Assembly: GCA_944381825.1 (NCBI GenBank)
Contig: CALWMK010000002.1
Span: 34,660-98,659 of the forward strand
Direction: 5' to 3'
Source of the DNA: an uncultured Clostridia bacterium
Lineage (GTDB): Bacteria; Bacillota; Clostridia; Christensenellales; UBA1242
Length of the DNA stretch: 64,000 nucleotides
The notes below the pieces were generated by a model, which had not been told where the DNA came from, did no database searches, and saw nothing but the letters and a program-made list of their open reading frames with translations. The position numbers were made by a program, and so were the translations under genes. Of the stretch, positions 31,081 to 40,015 are shown in pieces (within the stretch, counting starts at the first letter, position 1; the number at the start of each line of letters is the position of its first letter).

Positions 31081-31551
31081 TAAACTATGTGATGTTAAAT
31101 TTTGCTTGCGCCAAAATTTAAGTTTTGTTTACACAAAACAAAGCAAAAACTATTGTTTTTTCTTCATCACAGTTTGAATTAACATCAGTTTTGCTTGCAA
31201 ATGACTTCGTCGCTTGCAGACAAAACTTCCGATAATATAAACTATGTGATGTTAAATTTTGCTTGCGCCAAAATTTAAGTTTTGTTTACACAAAACAAAG
31301 CAAAAACTATTGTTTTTTCTTCATCACAGTTTGAATTAACATCAGTTTTGCTTGCAAATGACTTCGTCGCTTGCAGACAAAACTTCCGATAATATAAACT
31401 ATGTGATGTTAAATTTTGCTTGCGCCAAAATTTAAGTTTTGTTTGCATAAAACAAAGCAAAAACTATTGTTTTTTCTTCATCACTATTTGTATTAACATC
31501 AGTCATTTGAAAATAATGCTTCGCATTGCTTTCCTCTGACTTCCGTTAATA
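31081..31551. repeat. Tandem array of 3 x 157-bp hairpin-rich modular repeats
   Basis: The landmark TAAAC recurs at 31081, 31238, 31395 and 31552, an exact 157-bp period. Units 1 and 2 look identical by eye. Unit 3 differs in a 41-nt module (31501-31541). Confidence 0.9.
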
Positions 31552-31773
31552 TAAACAATAAGTTTAAGCATTATACCAAATCTCGTCAATAGCATTAAAT
31601 CTAAATATATAATTAAAATGTTTATGAATTTTGTTTGTCATTATTCTTTTTCTAATGATTCTACAAACATAATCCACCTCATCAAAATTAAATTAAAAAT
31701 TTATGATTCAATTAAATAACTTAAAACCAAAGATAAATAAAAATATGTTTCCCCTAATTAGCACATGAAAATC

Positions 31774-33531
31774 TCACATTCTATCCAAGCTTTTAATTGC
31801 AAGAAGCTTTAAACATTTTTCTATAACTTCCAAAGTCAATTTAGTCAATTCAATCTTTGAACTTTTAATTTTAGTATCCTGCTCATATATTATGCTTGAT
31901 TTTGCATAAAAGGAATTAAATGCATTTGCCAGTTTATAAACATAGTCACAAATAAGGTTTGGAGACAAACTTTTATATGCTAAAACTATTTCTTTGTGAA
32001 ATTGAATCAAAATCAGGGCAAGTTTTCTATCTTCTCCAAAGATTTCAAAATCGACATTAGAAGAAAAGTCTTTTACCTTATTTAAAATGGATTTTGCTCT
32101 TGTCACTGTGTACAAAATATATGGTCCTGTCTTGCCTTCAAATGAGGTAAATTTATCAACATCAAAAATATAATCTTTTGTTCTATAAATTGACAAGTCT
32201 GCAAATTTTAATGCTGCAAGAGCTATGACATTTGCAATATTTTCCATCTCATCATTTAAAAGCAAATCTTCTTGTTTTGATAGTTTTAATTTTTCAAGAG
32301 CTTTAGTTTTAACATCTTGAATCAAAACACTAAGTTGCATAACTCCACCATCTCTTGTTTTATAGGGCTTTCCATCTTTGCCATTCATGGTGCCAAACCC
32401 AACAAAACAAAGTTCGATAGGCTTTTTTAAAATTTTGATTTTATTGACACATCTAAAAACCTGTGTGAAATGCATTTCTTGTCTGTTGTCAACAACATAA
32501 ATTATTTTGTCTACATTATTTTCTCTTTCTCTTTGAACAATTGTCGCTAAATCTGTTGTACTATACAAAACAGAACCATCAGATTTTAAAAGTATAAAAG
32601 GAGGCACCTCTTTTTTATCACCTTCTTCACTTACATCTACTATCCAAGCTCCTTGACTAAGCTTTGCATATCCGCTATTTTTTGTATATTCGACAACCTC
32701 TTCATAGTATTTTCTGGAGTCACTTTCTCCAAGCCAAAGATCAAAACTAACATTTAAATTATCATAGTTTTTTTTCAAATCTTTTTTGGAGAGTTCTAAA
32801 ATATTTTTCCATAGAGCAAGATATCCACGTCTTCCATGTTGAAGTTCAAAAGTTGCTTGTTTTGCCTCTTCCATGGCATTTTCATCACTTTTTGCCCGCG
32901 CACTAGCTTTTGGATATAAAATTGAAAGTTCATCTAATGTTACGGGTGAAAAATCAGGATATTTTCCCTTATAATGTTCATCAAAATATACTAAATTAGG
33001 TTGCATTCTTTTAATTTCAGTTATAACCATGCCCATTTGAAGCCCCCAATCCCCCAAATGCACATCACCCAATGTGTTATCTCCTAAATATGAACATAGC
33101 CTTTTTATACTCTCACCAATTATAGCCGTTCTCAAATGACCAACATGAAGAGGTTTTGCAACATTTGCACCACCATAATCAACTATAACATTTTTTTTCT
33201 CACCATGTTTTTTTACTATTTCATCTACATGTTTTAAATATTTAACCAAATACTTAGCAAGCTCAAAATTATCTAAAAATATGTTTATGTAGCCAGGCGC
33301 AGCAACACTTGCATTTGCTATTAGTTCCACTTTCCCTAAATTAGAAAGAACATCATTTGCTATTTGCATAGGAGATTTATGATATTTTTTTGCCAACATA
33401 AGGGGCTCACAACATTGATAATCTCCTAAATTTTCCAAACTACAAATTTGAACATTAACATCTTCATTATATCCGCTTTTTTTAAAAGCATTTGAAAGCT
33501 CTTTTGCTAATATTTCTTCAACTAATTCCAT
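31774..33531 (-). CDS. argS: Arginine--tRNA ligase
   Basis: 585 aa with the class I HIGH-type motif PLHVGHLRTAIIG and an anticodon-binding C-terminus. Confidence 0.95.
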   Translation of the reverse strand: MELVEEILAKELSNAFKKSGYNEDVNVQICSLENLGDYQCCEPLMLAKKYHKSPMQIANDVLSNLGKVELIANASVAAPGYINIFLDNFELAKYLVKYLKHVDEIVKKHGEKKNVIVDYGGANVAKPLHVGHLRTAIIGESIKRLCSYLGDNTLGDVHLGDWGLQMGMVITEIKRMQPNLVYFDEHYKGKYPDFSPVTLDELSILYPKASARAKSDENAMEEAKQATFELQHGRRGYLALWKNILELSKKDLKKNYDNLNVSFDLWLGESDSRKYYEEVVEYTKNSGYAKLSQGAWIVDVSEEGDKKEVPPFILLKSDGSVLYSTTDLATIVQRERENNVDKIIYVVDNRQEMHFTQVFRCVNKIKILKKPIELCFVGFGTMNGKDGKPYKTRDGGVMQLSVLIQDVKTKALEKLKLSKQEDLLLNDEMENIANVIALAALKFADLSIYRTKDYIFDVDKFTSFEGKTGPYILYTVTRAKSILNKVKDFSSNVDFEIFGEDRKLALILIQFHKEIVLAYKSLSPNLICDYVYKLANAFNSFYAKSSIIYEQDTKIKSSKIELTKLTLEVIEKCLKLLAIKSLDRM

Positions 33532-33550
33532 AATTTTTCCTTATGAGTAT

Positions 33551-33579
33551 ATGATATAATATACATAAAATTTTGTCAA
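33551..33579 (-). promoter_or_regulatory. SigA-type promoter of argS
   Basis: Minus strand: TTGACA (33579-33574), 17-nt spacer, TATCAT (33556-33551). The leader is very short. Confidence 0.6.
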
Positions 33580-33685
33580 TTAAAGAGTTTTTCTAATATA
33601 ATCTTAACTATATAAATTACCATTAAAAAAAGTCAAAGCAAATTTAATCCACTTTGAACTTTATTTTTTTTGACATTAATTACTT

Positions 33686-34648
33686 TTATCTTCCAACCGT
33701 GGTATTATCTTCTTTTCTATTTTGCAAATCTTTAACTGGATTTAATGAGGTTTCAAATCTGTAATCTTGTTTATTGTTTTTAATATACATTTCAATAACT
33801 TTATGACTAGGAACTTGTGCTAAATTTTTATTAATAATGTTTTGGATTTTAAAAAATTCATAATCTTGAGGCAAAGAAGAAACTTTAACATAATCCTCTT
33901 TTTTAGCCGTATTATATACCGTATTTTTCAATACTTTTCTAATATATTCAATATTAGATTTCCCAAATGATAACAATTCTGGAAATTTGCCTCCATTTTT
34001 ATAAACAGTTGTGTAATCTCGATTTTCATATTTGGTTAATAATTCATTAGCCTTGTGTAAATGTGCAATCTCTTGTTCTAGGCAAACCTCCCAAATTCTT
34101 TTAATTTGTTCATCTGTTTCATCATTAATCATTGAATAATATAAATAACACTCTGTATACTCATGTTCTAGCAAGCTTACTAGCCAAGTGCAAGTTGGGT
34201 CCATTAAACTTTCATATTGTGAAACATGCTGTTCTTCTATCATACCTATTTCAGCAAATAATTTTCTGCCAATCTCACTCTTATATAAATTAGCCACATT
34301 CATATAAAAATTCATGGTTTGTTGTTCTGCCGCAGTAATAATAGCAACATTAAGTCTTGTAATAGAATCTGCAACTTTGTTGTCGCCAGCATATCTTACA
34401 TCATCATAAGGATGCCTATGTTCGGATATAGTAGGTCTTCCAGGTGTTATTTCAGTAAATCCTCCCACCAAATTTTTAGCATCTATACCTTGTTCCATCA
34501 TCAAAAGATTTGAAAATCTATACAAATGATCAAAGTCCTCTAAAAGAGCAAAGTCCAACGCTTTTTTTACGCTCATATCACTTTCTCTTTGTGCCAAATT
34601 CGCTGTTAATTCTATTGCAAGTTGTTCATAAGAAATTGTTGTTTCCAA
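33686..34648 (-). CDS. Ferritin-like/diiron-fold protein, C-terminal part of a split gene
   Basis: 320-aa ORF with ExxH-type pairs (MIEEQHVSQYE, LEQEIAHLH). Its frame stays open upstream through the T7 run at 34682-34688. Confidence 0.6.
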   Translation of the reverse strand: METTISYEQLAIELTANLAQRESDMSVKKALDFALLEDFDHLYRFSNLLMMEQGIDAKNLVGGFTEITPGRPTISEHRHPYDDVRYAGDNKVADSITRLNVAIITAAEQQTMNFYMNVANLYKSEIGRKLFAEIGMIEEQHVSQYESLMDPTCTWLVSLLEHEYTECYLYYSMINDETDEQIKRIWEVCLEQEIAHLHKANELLTKYENRDYTTVYKNGGKFPELLSFGKSNIEYIRKVLKNTVYNTAKKEDYVKVSSLPQDYEFFKIQNIINKNLAQVPSHKVIEMYIKNNKQDYRFETSLNPVKDLQNRKEDNTTVGR

Positions 34649-34668
34649 AACATCTTCATCAATAGGTT

Positions 34669-34947
34669 TTAAAGATGAATCTTTTTTTGTTGCTGTTGTT
34701 CAACCCTTCTAATGAGAGCAATTTCCCTTCTAATATCATTATCAATACAATGTCTCGCAAACTGATGTGAATGCCAATTCATTTCAAATTCGGTTCCGTT
34801 CATCAAAATAATTCTAACCTTTGTAAATGGGTCAACTGTGTTTTTATCGTAAGGTTTAACAAACAACTTATTCCAGTTTTCAATTGTCTTTTCAACTTTT
34901 TTTGGTTTTTCCTCAAATGGATTAAAACTCATATTATTATCCTCCAA
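34669..34947 (-). CDS. N-terminal part of the same ferritin-like gene
   Basis: The 92-aa ORF ends just after the A7 run (minus strand). A 1-nt shift there gives ...RRVEQQQQKKDSSLKPIDEDVLETTISYEQL... Confidence 0.6.
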   Translation of the reverse strand: MEDNNMSFNPFEEKPKKVEKTIENWNKLFVKPYDKNTVDPFTKVRIILMNGTEFEMNWHSHQFARHCIDNDIRREIALIRRVEQQQQKKIHL

Positions 34948-35252
34948 AAATAGTTTGGCAAAGTTATTTTTATTTATTCTGAATTTAAAATAAATAATAA
35001 AGTTTAAAAATAAATAATTTTTTTAATATTTACTTTATTTAGTAATTAAGTGTTTGGCTAATTTTACAATAATTTACTCAATATTTGAATCAATAAATAA
35101 AAGATTAAAAAATCAATTAATAAAAGCCAAAAAAATTTTAAAATAAATTTAATATCAAGTCTACAAAATCAAAGTAATAATGATAATTGCCTAATTATTT
35201 TAAATTATGAACATTTAAGTAATTATTTTAAATAATTTTTTTAATAATTCAT

Positions 35253-35283
35253 ATATAAAAAAAATAATTGGCAAAAGCCAATT
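35253..35283 (-). terminator. Intrinsic terminator of obg
   Basis: AATTGGC-tttt-GCCAATT hairpin followed by T8 on the minus strand. Confidence 0.75.
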
Positions 35284-35294
35284 AAGTTTAAAAA

Positions 35295-36563
35295 TTAATC
35301 AAAATATTCAAATGTTATGTCTTTAATATGAACTAAATCACCATTTTTTAAGCCCTTTTCTTTTAATTTTTCTATAACACCATCCTCTTTTAATCGTTTT
35401 TGAAAATATGAAAATGAAACATAATCGGAAAGAACAACACCTCTAGATAAATTCTCAATATAGCCACCACTAACTTCAAATTCATTTGAAGATATTTTTT
35501 TAATGTCAAGACTTGTTTTATCCTTAATATCAAAATCATATAATTCAATATCTAAAGGTTTAGGTTTTTCAATTAATTTAAGTTGTTCCCAAATTTGTGT
35601 TTTTAAATAATCAATATTATAGTTTGCAACAGAAGAAATTTGAATCGTTTTTGTTTTCGTTTTGATTTCAAATTCCTTAACTTTTTTTATTAATTCTTCT
35701 TTTGTTAAAGAATCACATTTAGATAATACAACAATTTGTTTTACCTTTGCTAATTTGTCGCTATATTTTTCTAATTCTCTATTAATTGTAAAATAATCAT
35801 CTACAGCACTTCTTCCTTCACGCTCAGAAATGTCAACCAAATGCACAAGAAGTCGAACTCTTTCAACATGTTTTAAAAAATAATGCCCTAAGCCAGCGCC
35901 TTCGCTTGCACCCTCAATAAGTCCAGGAATGTCCGCAACAACAAAGGAATGCTCATAATAATTTACAACACCCAAGTTTGGATAAAGTGTGGTAAATTGA
36001 TAATTGGCTATTTTGGGTCTTGCATTTGAAATTACTGAAAGCAGGGTAGATTTTCCCGCATTTGGATATCCTATCAAACCAACATCTGCAATTGTTTTAA
36101 GTTCTAAAATTACCTGTCTTTCCTTTGTTATCTCACCTGTTTGACAAAATTTAGGAGCTTGTCTAGTAGAAGTTGCAAAATGTGTATTCCCCTTTCCTCC
36201 GACACCACCACTTAAAGCAACAAATGTCTGATTTTCCTCTGTTAAATCAGCGATGACTTTTTCACTTTCTGCATCATAAATTACAGTTCCAAGAGGAACA
36301 TCTATTATTAAATCTTGACCATCAGCACCGCATTTAAATTTTTTCATGCCGTTGCCACCATTGCCTGCAACAAATTTCTTTTTAAATTGAAAAGATTGCA
36401 ATGTGCTAAAGTGTGGTGATGCTTTAAAAATTATATCACCACCCTTTCCACCATCTCCACCATCTGGCCCGCCATTCATGGTCATTTTGCTACGATGAAA
36501 AGAGGCGCATCCACTTCCACCATCTCCAGCTTTAATAGTAATTTTAACTCTGTCTAAGTACAA
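35295..36563 (-). CDS. obg: GTPase Obg
   Basis: 422 aa. Glycine-rich Obg fold (GGPDGGDGGKGGDI), G1 GYPNAGKST, and a C-terminal OCT-type domain. Confidence 0.95.
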   Translation of the reverse strand: MYLDRVKITIKAGDGGSGCASFHRSKMTMNGGPDGGDGGKGGDIIFKASPHFSTLQSFQFKKKFVAGNGGNGMKKFKCGADGQDLIIDVPLGTVIYDAESEKVIADLTEENQTFVALSGGVGGKGNTHFATSTRQAPKFCQTGEITKERQVILELKTIADVGLIGYPNAGKSTLLSVISNARPKIANYQFTTLYPNLGVVNYYEHSFVVADIPGLIEGASEGAGLGHYFLKHVERVRLLVHLVDISEREGRSAVDDYFTINRELEKYSDKLAKVKQIVVLSKCDSLTKEELIKKVKEFEIKTKTKTIQISSVANYNIDYLKTQIWEQLKLIEKPKPLDIELYDFDIKDKTSLDIKKISSNEFEVSGGYIENLSRGVVLSDYVSFSYFQKRLKEDGVIEKLKEKGLKNGDLVHIKDITFEYFD

Positions 36564-36626
36564 TTTATTTCTCCTATAACAATTTAATTTTTATATCAAA
36601 TCTTGTTAAAAATTGCAAACTAGTTA

Positions 36627-37277
36627 TTAAATTATCTCTTTTTTATTTCTTTTATAATATTTGCAAACATTTTTTAAATTGCAAATATCGCATTTGGGCT
36701 TAATGGCTTTGCAATGATATCTTCCAAATAAAACAAGAAGATAATGCATTTTTGACCAATCGCTTTCATTAAAATATTCCATTAAATCTTTTTCACACTT
36801 GGAAACATTCGTGGATGATGATATGCCAAGTCTGTTAGAAACTCTAAACACATGGGTATCAACAGCAATAGCTGGAAAATCGGTTAGCTCTGAAAGAACA
36901 ACATTTGCCGTCTTTCGTCCAACACCTCTTAAGGTCATAAGCTTTTCCCTATCCATAGGAACCTGTCCGTCAAACTTTTGAATTATATCGACACTAGTTT
37001 GTTTTATTGCCTTTGCTTTATTTTTGTAAAATCCACAAGGTTTTATGAGTTGCTCTAAAAGTTCAATTTCAATTTTTGCAAAATCTTTGGGCTCGTTATA
37101 TTTTTTAAAAATTTCGCTCGTTACCATGTTCACCCTTTTGTCGGTACATTGAGCGGACAATATAACTGCTACTAAAAGCTCAAAAGGACTATTATATTTC
37201 AATTCACAACTAGCATTTGGAAACATAGCTTTTAAATAAGACTTTATTTCATTTCTCTTTTCGTTCTCTTTTCTCAT
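36627..37277 (-). CDS. nth: Endonuclease III
   Basis: 216 aa. HhH-GPD (LMTLRGVGRKTANVVL) and a C-terminal 4-Cys cluster (CKAIKPKCDICNLKNVC). Confidence 0.9.
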   Translation of the reverse strand: MRKENEKRNEIKSYLKAMFPNASCELKYNSPFELLVAVILSAQCTDKRVNMVTSEIFKKYNEPKDFAKIEIELLEQLIKPCGFYKNKAKAIKQTSVDIIQKFDGQVPMDREKLMTLRGVGRKTANVVLSELTDFPAIAVDTHVFRVSNRLGISSSTNVSKCEKDLMEYFNESDWSKMHYLLVLFGRYHCKAIKPKCDICNLKNVCKYYKRNKKEII

Positions 37278-37288
37278 AATCTACCCTT

Positions 37289-40000
37289 TCAAACTAGGTA
37301 AGTGTAAATCTTATTAAGCTTACCTTTAGAAATTTGTTTCCCTTTAGAAACACGGCTATCATATCCAATTGTTCTTGAACTTATTAAAGTGCATTTTTCA
37401 TCTTTAACCAAAACAATTGCTTCTGGATTTTCACTATATCGTGCATAAACTAATGTTTTTCCGTTTTCATTAAAACTTATAATTCTTAAGCCTTTTCTAT
37501 ATCTAGCCATTACAGAATATTCACTTATAGGAACTTTTTTAGCATAACCATTATCTGCAACAACAGTTATAGAACCACGAGTTGTAACAATTGATGCAAA
37601 AATAACCTCATCATTATCATCCAAATTTATTCCCATAACTCCACCAGCGCCTCTGGTTTGAGTTGGGACTTCACTTGTTTCAAAGTTTAAAGCCATTCCA
37701 TTTTTGGTAACCATTAAAACACCATCATGTCCAATTTCAACTTGCACAAATAACAGTTGGTCATCATCTTTTAAATTTATTATGTTATAGAAAGATTTGA
37801 CAAGTATGCAATCACTTGATAATGTTCTTTTAACATAGCCTTTTTTAGTATAGAAAAGAAGATTTTTACCTTCTAAATTTTCGTTTTCAATTATTGCAAC
37901 AACATTTTCATCGTCATCGCAATATTTACAAAAAGCTGAAAGTTTTTCACCTTTATCTCTCCACTTGGCTTCTGGAATCTTTTCTGCCAGAATTTTAAAA
38001 CAATTACCCTTATTTGTAAAAAGCAACAATTCTTTGCTTGAAAAAGTTTTTAAAATTAGTGTGTGAACATCACTTAATGAAGAAACCACATCTTTTTGTG
38101 CTAAAGAATAGTTTTTAATTGGTAATTGTTTTAAACATCCATTGGCATTTAATGCAACAGCAATCTCTCTTTCAAAAGCAATATGCTCTGGAATAATCTC
38201 TTCAACTGCAACATCTTCAACAGTGGTAATATTTGTTTTACGAGGATTTTTGTATTGTTTTTTAATTGCAAGCAATCTATCTTTAACCTCATTATATTGA
38301 AGTTTTTTTGAATTTAAAATATTTGTCAGTTTTTCTATAAGTTCTTTTAAAATTTTCAATTCTTCTTCCAACTTCATTATTTCAAGGTTAACCAACCTTG
38401 CCAAACGCATATCTAAAATAGCTTGAGCCTGTCTTTCTGACAAATAAAATTTTTCGCGTAAAGCTTGTTTCGCAACAATAACGGTAGGAGATTTTTTAAT
38501 AATTTTAATTACTTCATCAATATTTTTTATTGCTATTAAAAGGCCTTCTATTATGTGAGCCCTATCTTTTGCAACATCAAGGTCATATTTTGTTTTTCTA
38601 ACAACTATCTCTCTTTGATATTCAACCCAATAGTCTATTATCTCCAATAGTGAAAGTAATTTTGGTTTTCCTCCAGCAATTGCCACCATATTTATGCCAA
38701 TAGTAGTTTGAAGACCTGTCGCCTTGTAAAGATAGTCTATAATAGCTTTTGCATTTGCCTCTCTTTTGAGTTTAATAACCGCTCTTAAACCTTTCCTGTC
38801 TGATTCATCTCGAATTTCAGAAATAACTGACAACTTGTCTTTATTTTGTTCTTTAAGTTCAACAATTTTTTGAAGAAGGGCTGCTTTATTAGTTTGATAA
38901 GGCACTTCAGAAATTACCAACTGTTGTTTGTCGCCGTCATTTTCAATATCAATTTTTGCCCTCAAAACCACCTTGCCTTTTCCAGTCTTATAGGCATTTA
39001 AAAGTTCATCACCAACAAGCATAACTCCACCTGTTGGAAAATCTGGTCCCTTGATTATTTTCATCATTTCTTCAAGAGTTATCTTTCTATTAGCAATAAA
39101 GGCAAGTGTTCCATCAATAACCTCAGCTAAGTTGTGTGGAGGTATATTTGTAGCAACTCCAACTGCAATGCCTGATGTACCATTTATTAAGAGATTGGGA
39201 AAACCTCCAGGAAGCATGTCTGGTTCTTTTAATGTATCATCAAAGTTAAACGACCAATGTACCGTATTTTTTTCTAAATCTTTTAAAAGTTCCATTGCAA
39301 GTGGCGTGAGTTTTGCCTCGGTATATCTCATAGCCGCGGCACTGTCACCATCAATAGAACCAAAGTTTCCATGTCCTAAAACAAGAGGTTCTCTTAATGA
39401 AAAGTCTTGGGCCATTCTAACCATGGCATCATAGACAGAGGAATCACCATGAGGATGATATTTACCCATGCAGTCACCAACTATTCTTGCAGACTTACGA
39501 AACTGTTTGTCTGGAGTAACACCTAATTCCAACATAGAATACAAAATTCTTCTTTGCACAGGCTTTAGTCCATCTTCAACTCTTGGAAGAGCTCTATCCA
39601 TAACAACATGCTCAGTATAAGGAATCATAGATTCATGTAAAACCTCGTCCAAAGACTTATAAATCATTTGACCCTCTGTTAAATCCATTTTTTCATGTTT
39701 TATTTGTTTTTTCACTTTTTTCTCTCTTAAATTTTGATTTTGTTTTGGCAAATGCTTTTCTAAAGAAGCCTCCAATTGTTCAAATTCTTCTTTCGCAGTT
39801 ATTTTAGCCTCAATTCTTCTTTTTTCAACCACTTTTTCGATAGAGGAAAAATCCATTTGTCCACTTAAAACATAATTGTCAGGAACTTTCTCTTGTTTTT
39901 CTTTATTTGCATTCATTTCAGCTAGCATCTCATCATAAGCAATTTGTCCCGCAATCACCTCGTTGTCGATTGTCTGTTCTTCATTTTGATTTTCTTCCAT
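37289..40000 (-). CDS. parC: Type IIA topoisomerase subunit A (ParC-like; no GyrA box seen) with a ~104-aa N-terminal extension
   Basis: 903 aa with [12 protein letters not shown] and [10 protein letters not shown] (catalytic Tyr). I found no QRRGGKG motif in the C-terminal domain. An AGAGGT RBS precedes the ATG at 40000. Confidence 0.8.
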   Translation of the reverse strand: MEENQNEEQTIDNEVIAGQIAYDEMLAEMNANKEKQEKVPDNYVLSGQMDFSSIEKVVEKRRIEAKITAKEEFEQLEASLEKHLPKQNQNLREKKVKKQIKHEKMDLTEGQMIYKSLDEVLHESMIPYTEHVVMDRALPRVEDGLKPVQRRILYSMLELGVTPDKQFRKSARIVGDCMGKYHPHGDSSVYDAMVRMAQDFSLREPLVLGHGNFGSIDGDSAAAMRYTEAKLTPLAMELLKDLEKNTVHWSFNFDDTLKEPDMLPGGFPNLLINGTSGIAVGVATNIPPHNLAEVIDGTLAFIANRKITLEEMMKIIKGPDFPTGGVMLVGDELLNAYKTGKGKVVLRAKIDIENDGDKQQLVISEVPYQTNKAALLQKIVELKEQNKDKLSVISEIRDESDRKGLRAVIKLKREANAKAIIDYLYKATGLQTTIGINMVAIAGGKPKLLSLLEIIDYWVEYQREIVVRKTKYDLDVAKDRAHIIEGLLIAIKNIDEVIKIIKKSPTVIVAKQALREKFYLSERQAQAILDMRLARLVNLEIMKLEEELKILKELIEKLTNILNSKKLQYNEVKDRLLAIKKQYKNPRKTNITTVEDVAVEEIIPEHIAFEREIAVALNANGCLKQLPIKNYSLAQKDVVSSLSDVHTLILKTFSSKELLLFTNKGNCFKILAEKIPEAKWRDKGEKLSAFCKYCDDDENVVAIIENENLEGKNLLFYTKKGYVKRTLSSDCILVKSFYNIINLKDDDQLLFVQVEIGHDGVLMVTKNGMALNFETSEVPTQTRGAGGVMGINLDDNDEVIFASIVTTRGSITVVADNGYAKKVPISEYSVMARYRKGLRIISFNENGKTLVYARYSENPEAIVLVKDEKCTLISSRTIGYDSRVSKGKQISKGKLNKIYTYLV

Positions 40001-40015
40001 TATTTACCTCTAAAG

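Noticed and set aside
31275-31460. 61-aa ORF, plus tiny ORFs such as MKKKQ*, inside the 157-bp repeats.
   Set aside because: The ORF runs across unit boundaries of a tandem repeat and has no RBS. The frame is not preserved between units or loci (TAG versus sense codon), so it is most likely non-coding.
31081-31551. CRISPR array interpretation of the two repeat loci.
   Set aside because: The period is 157 bp with ~116 nt conserved and ~41 nt variable. Two of three 'spacers' at locus 1 are identical and all are self-complementary hairpins. There are no cas genes in the window. This is not CRISPR architecture.
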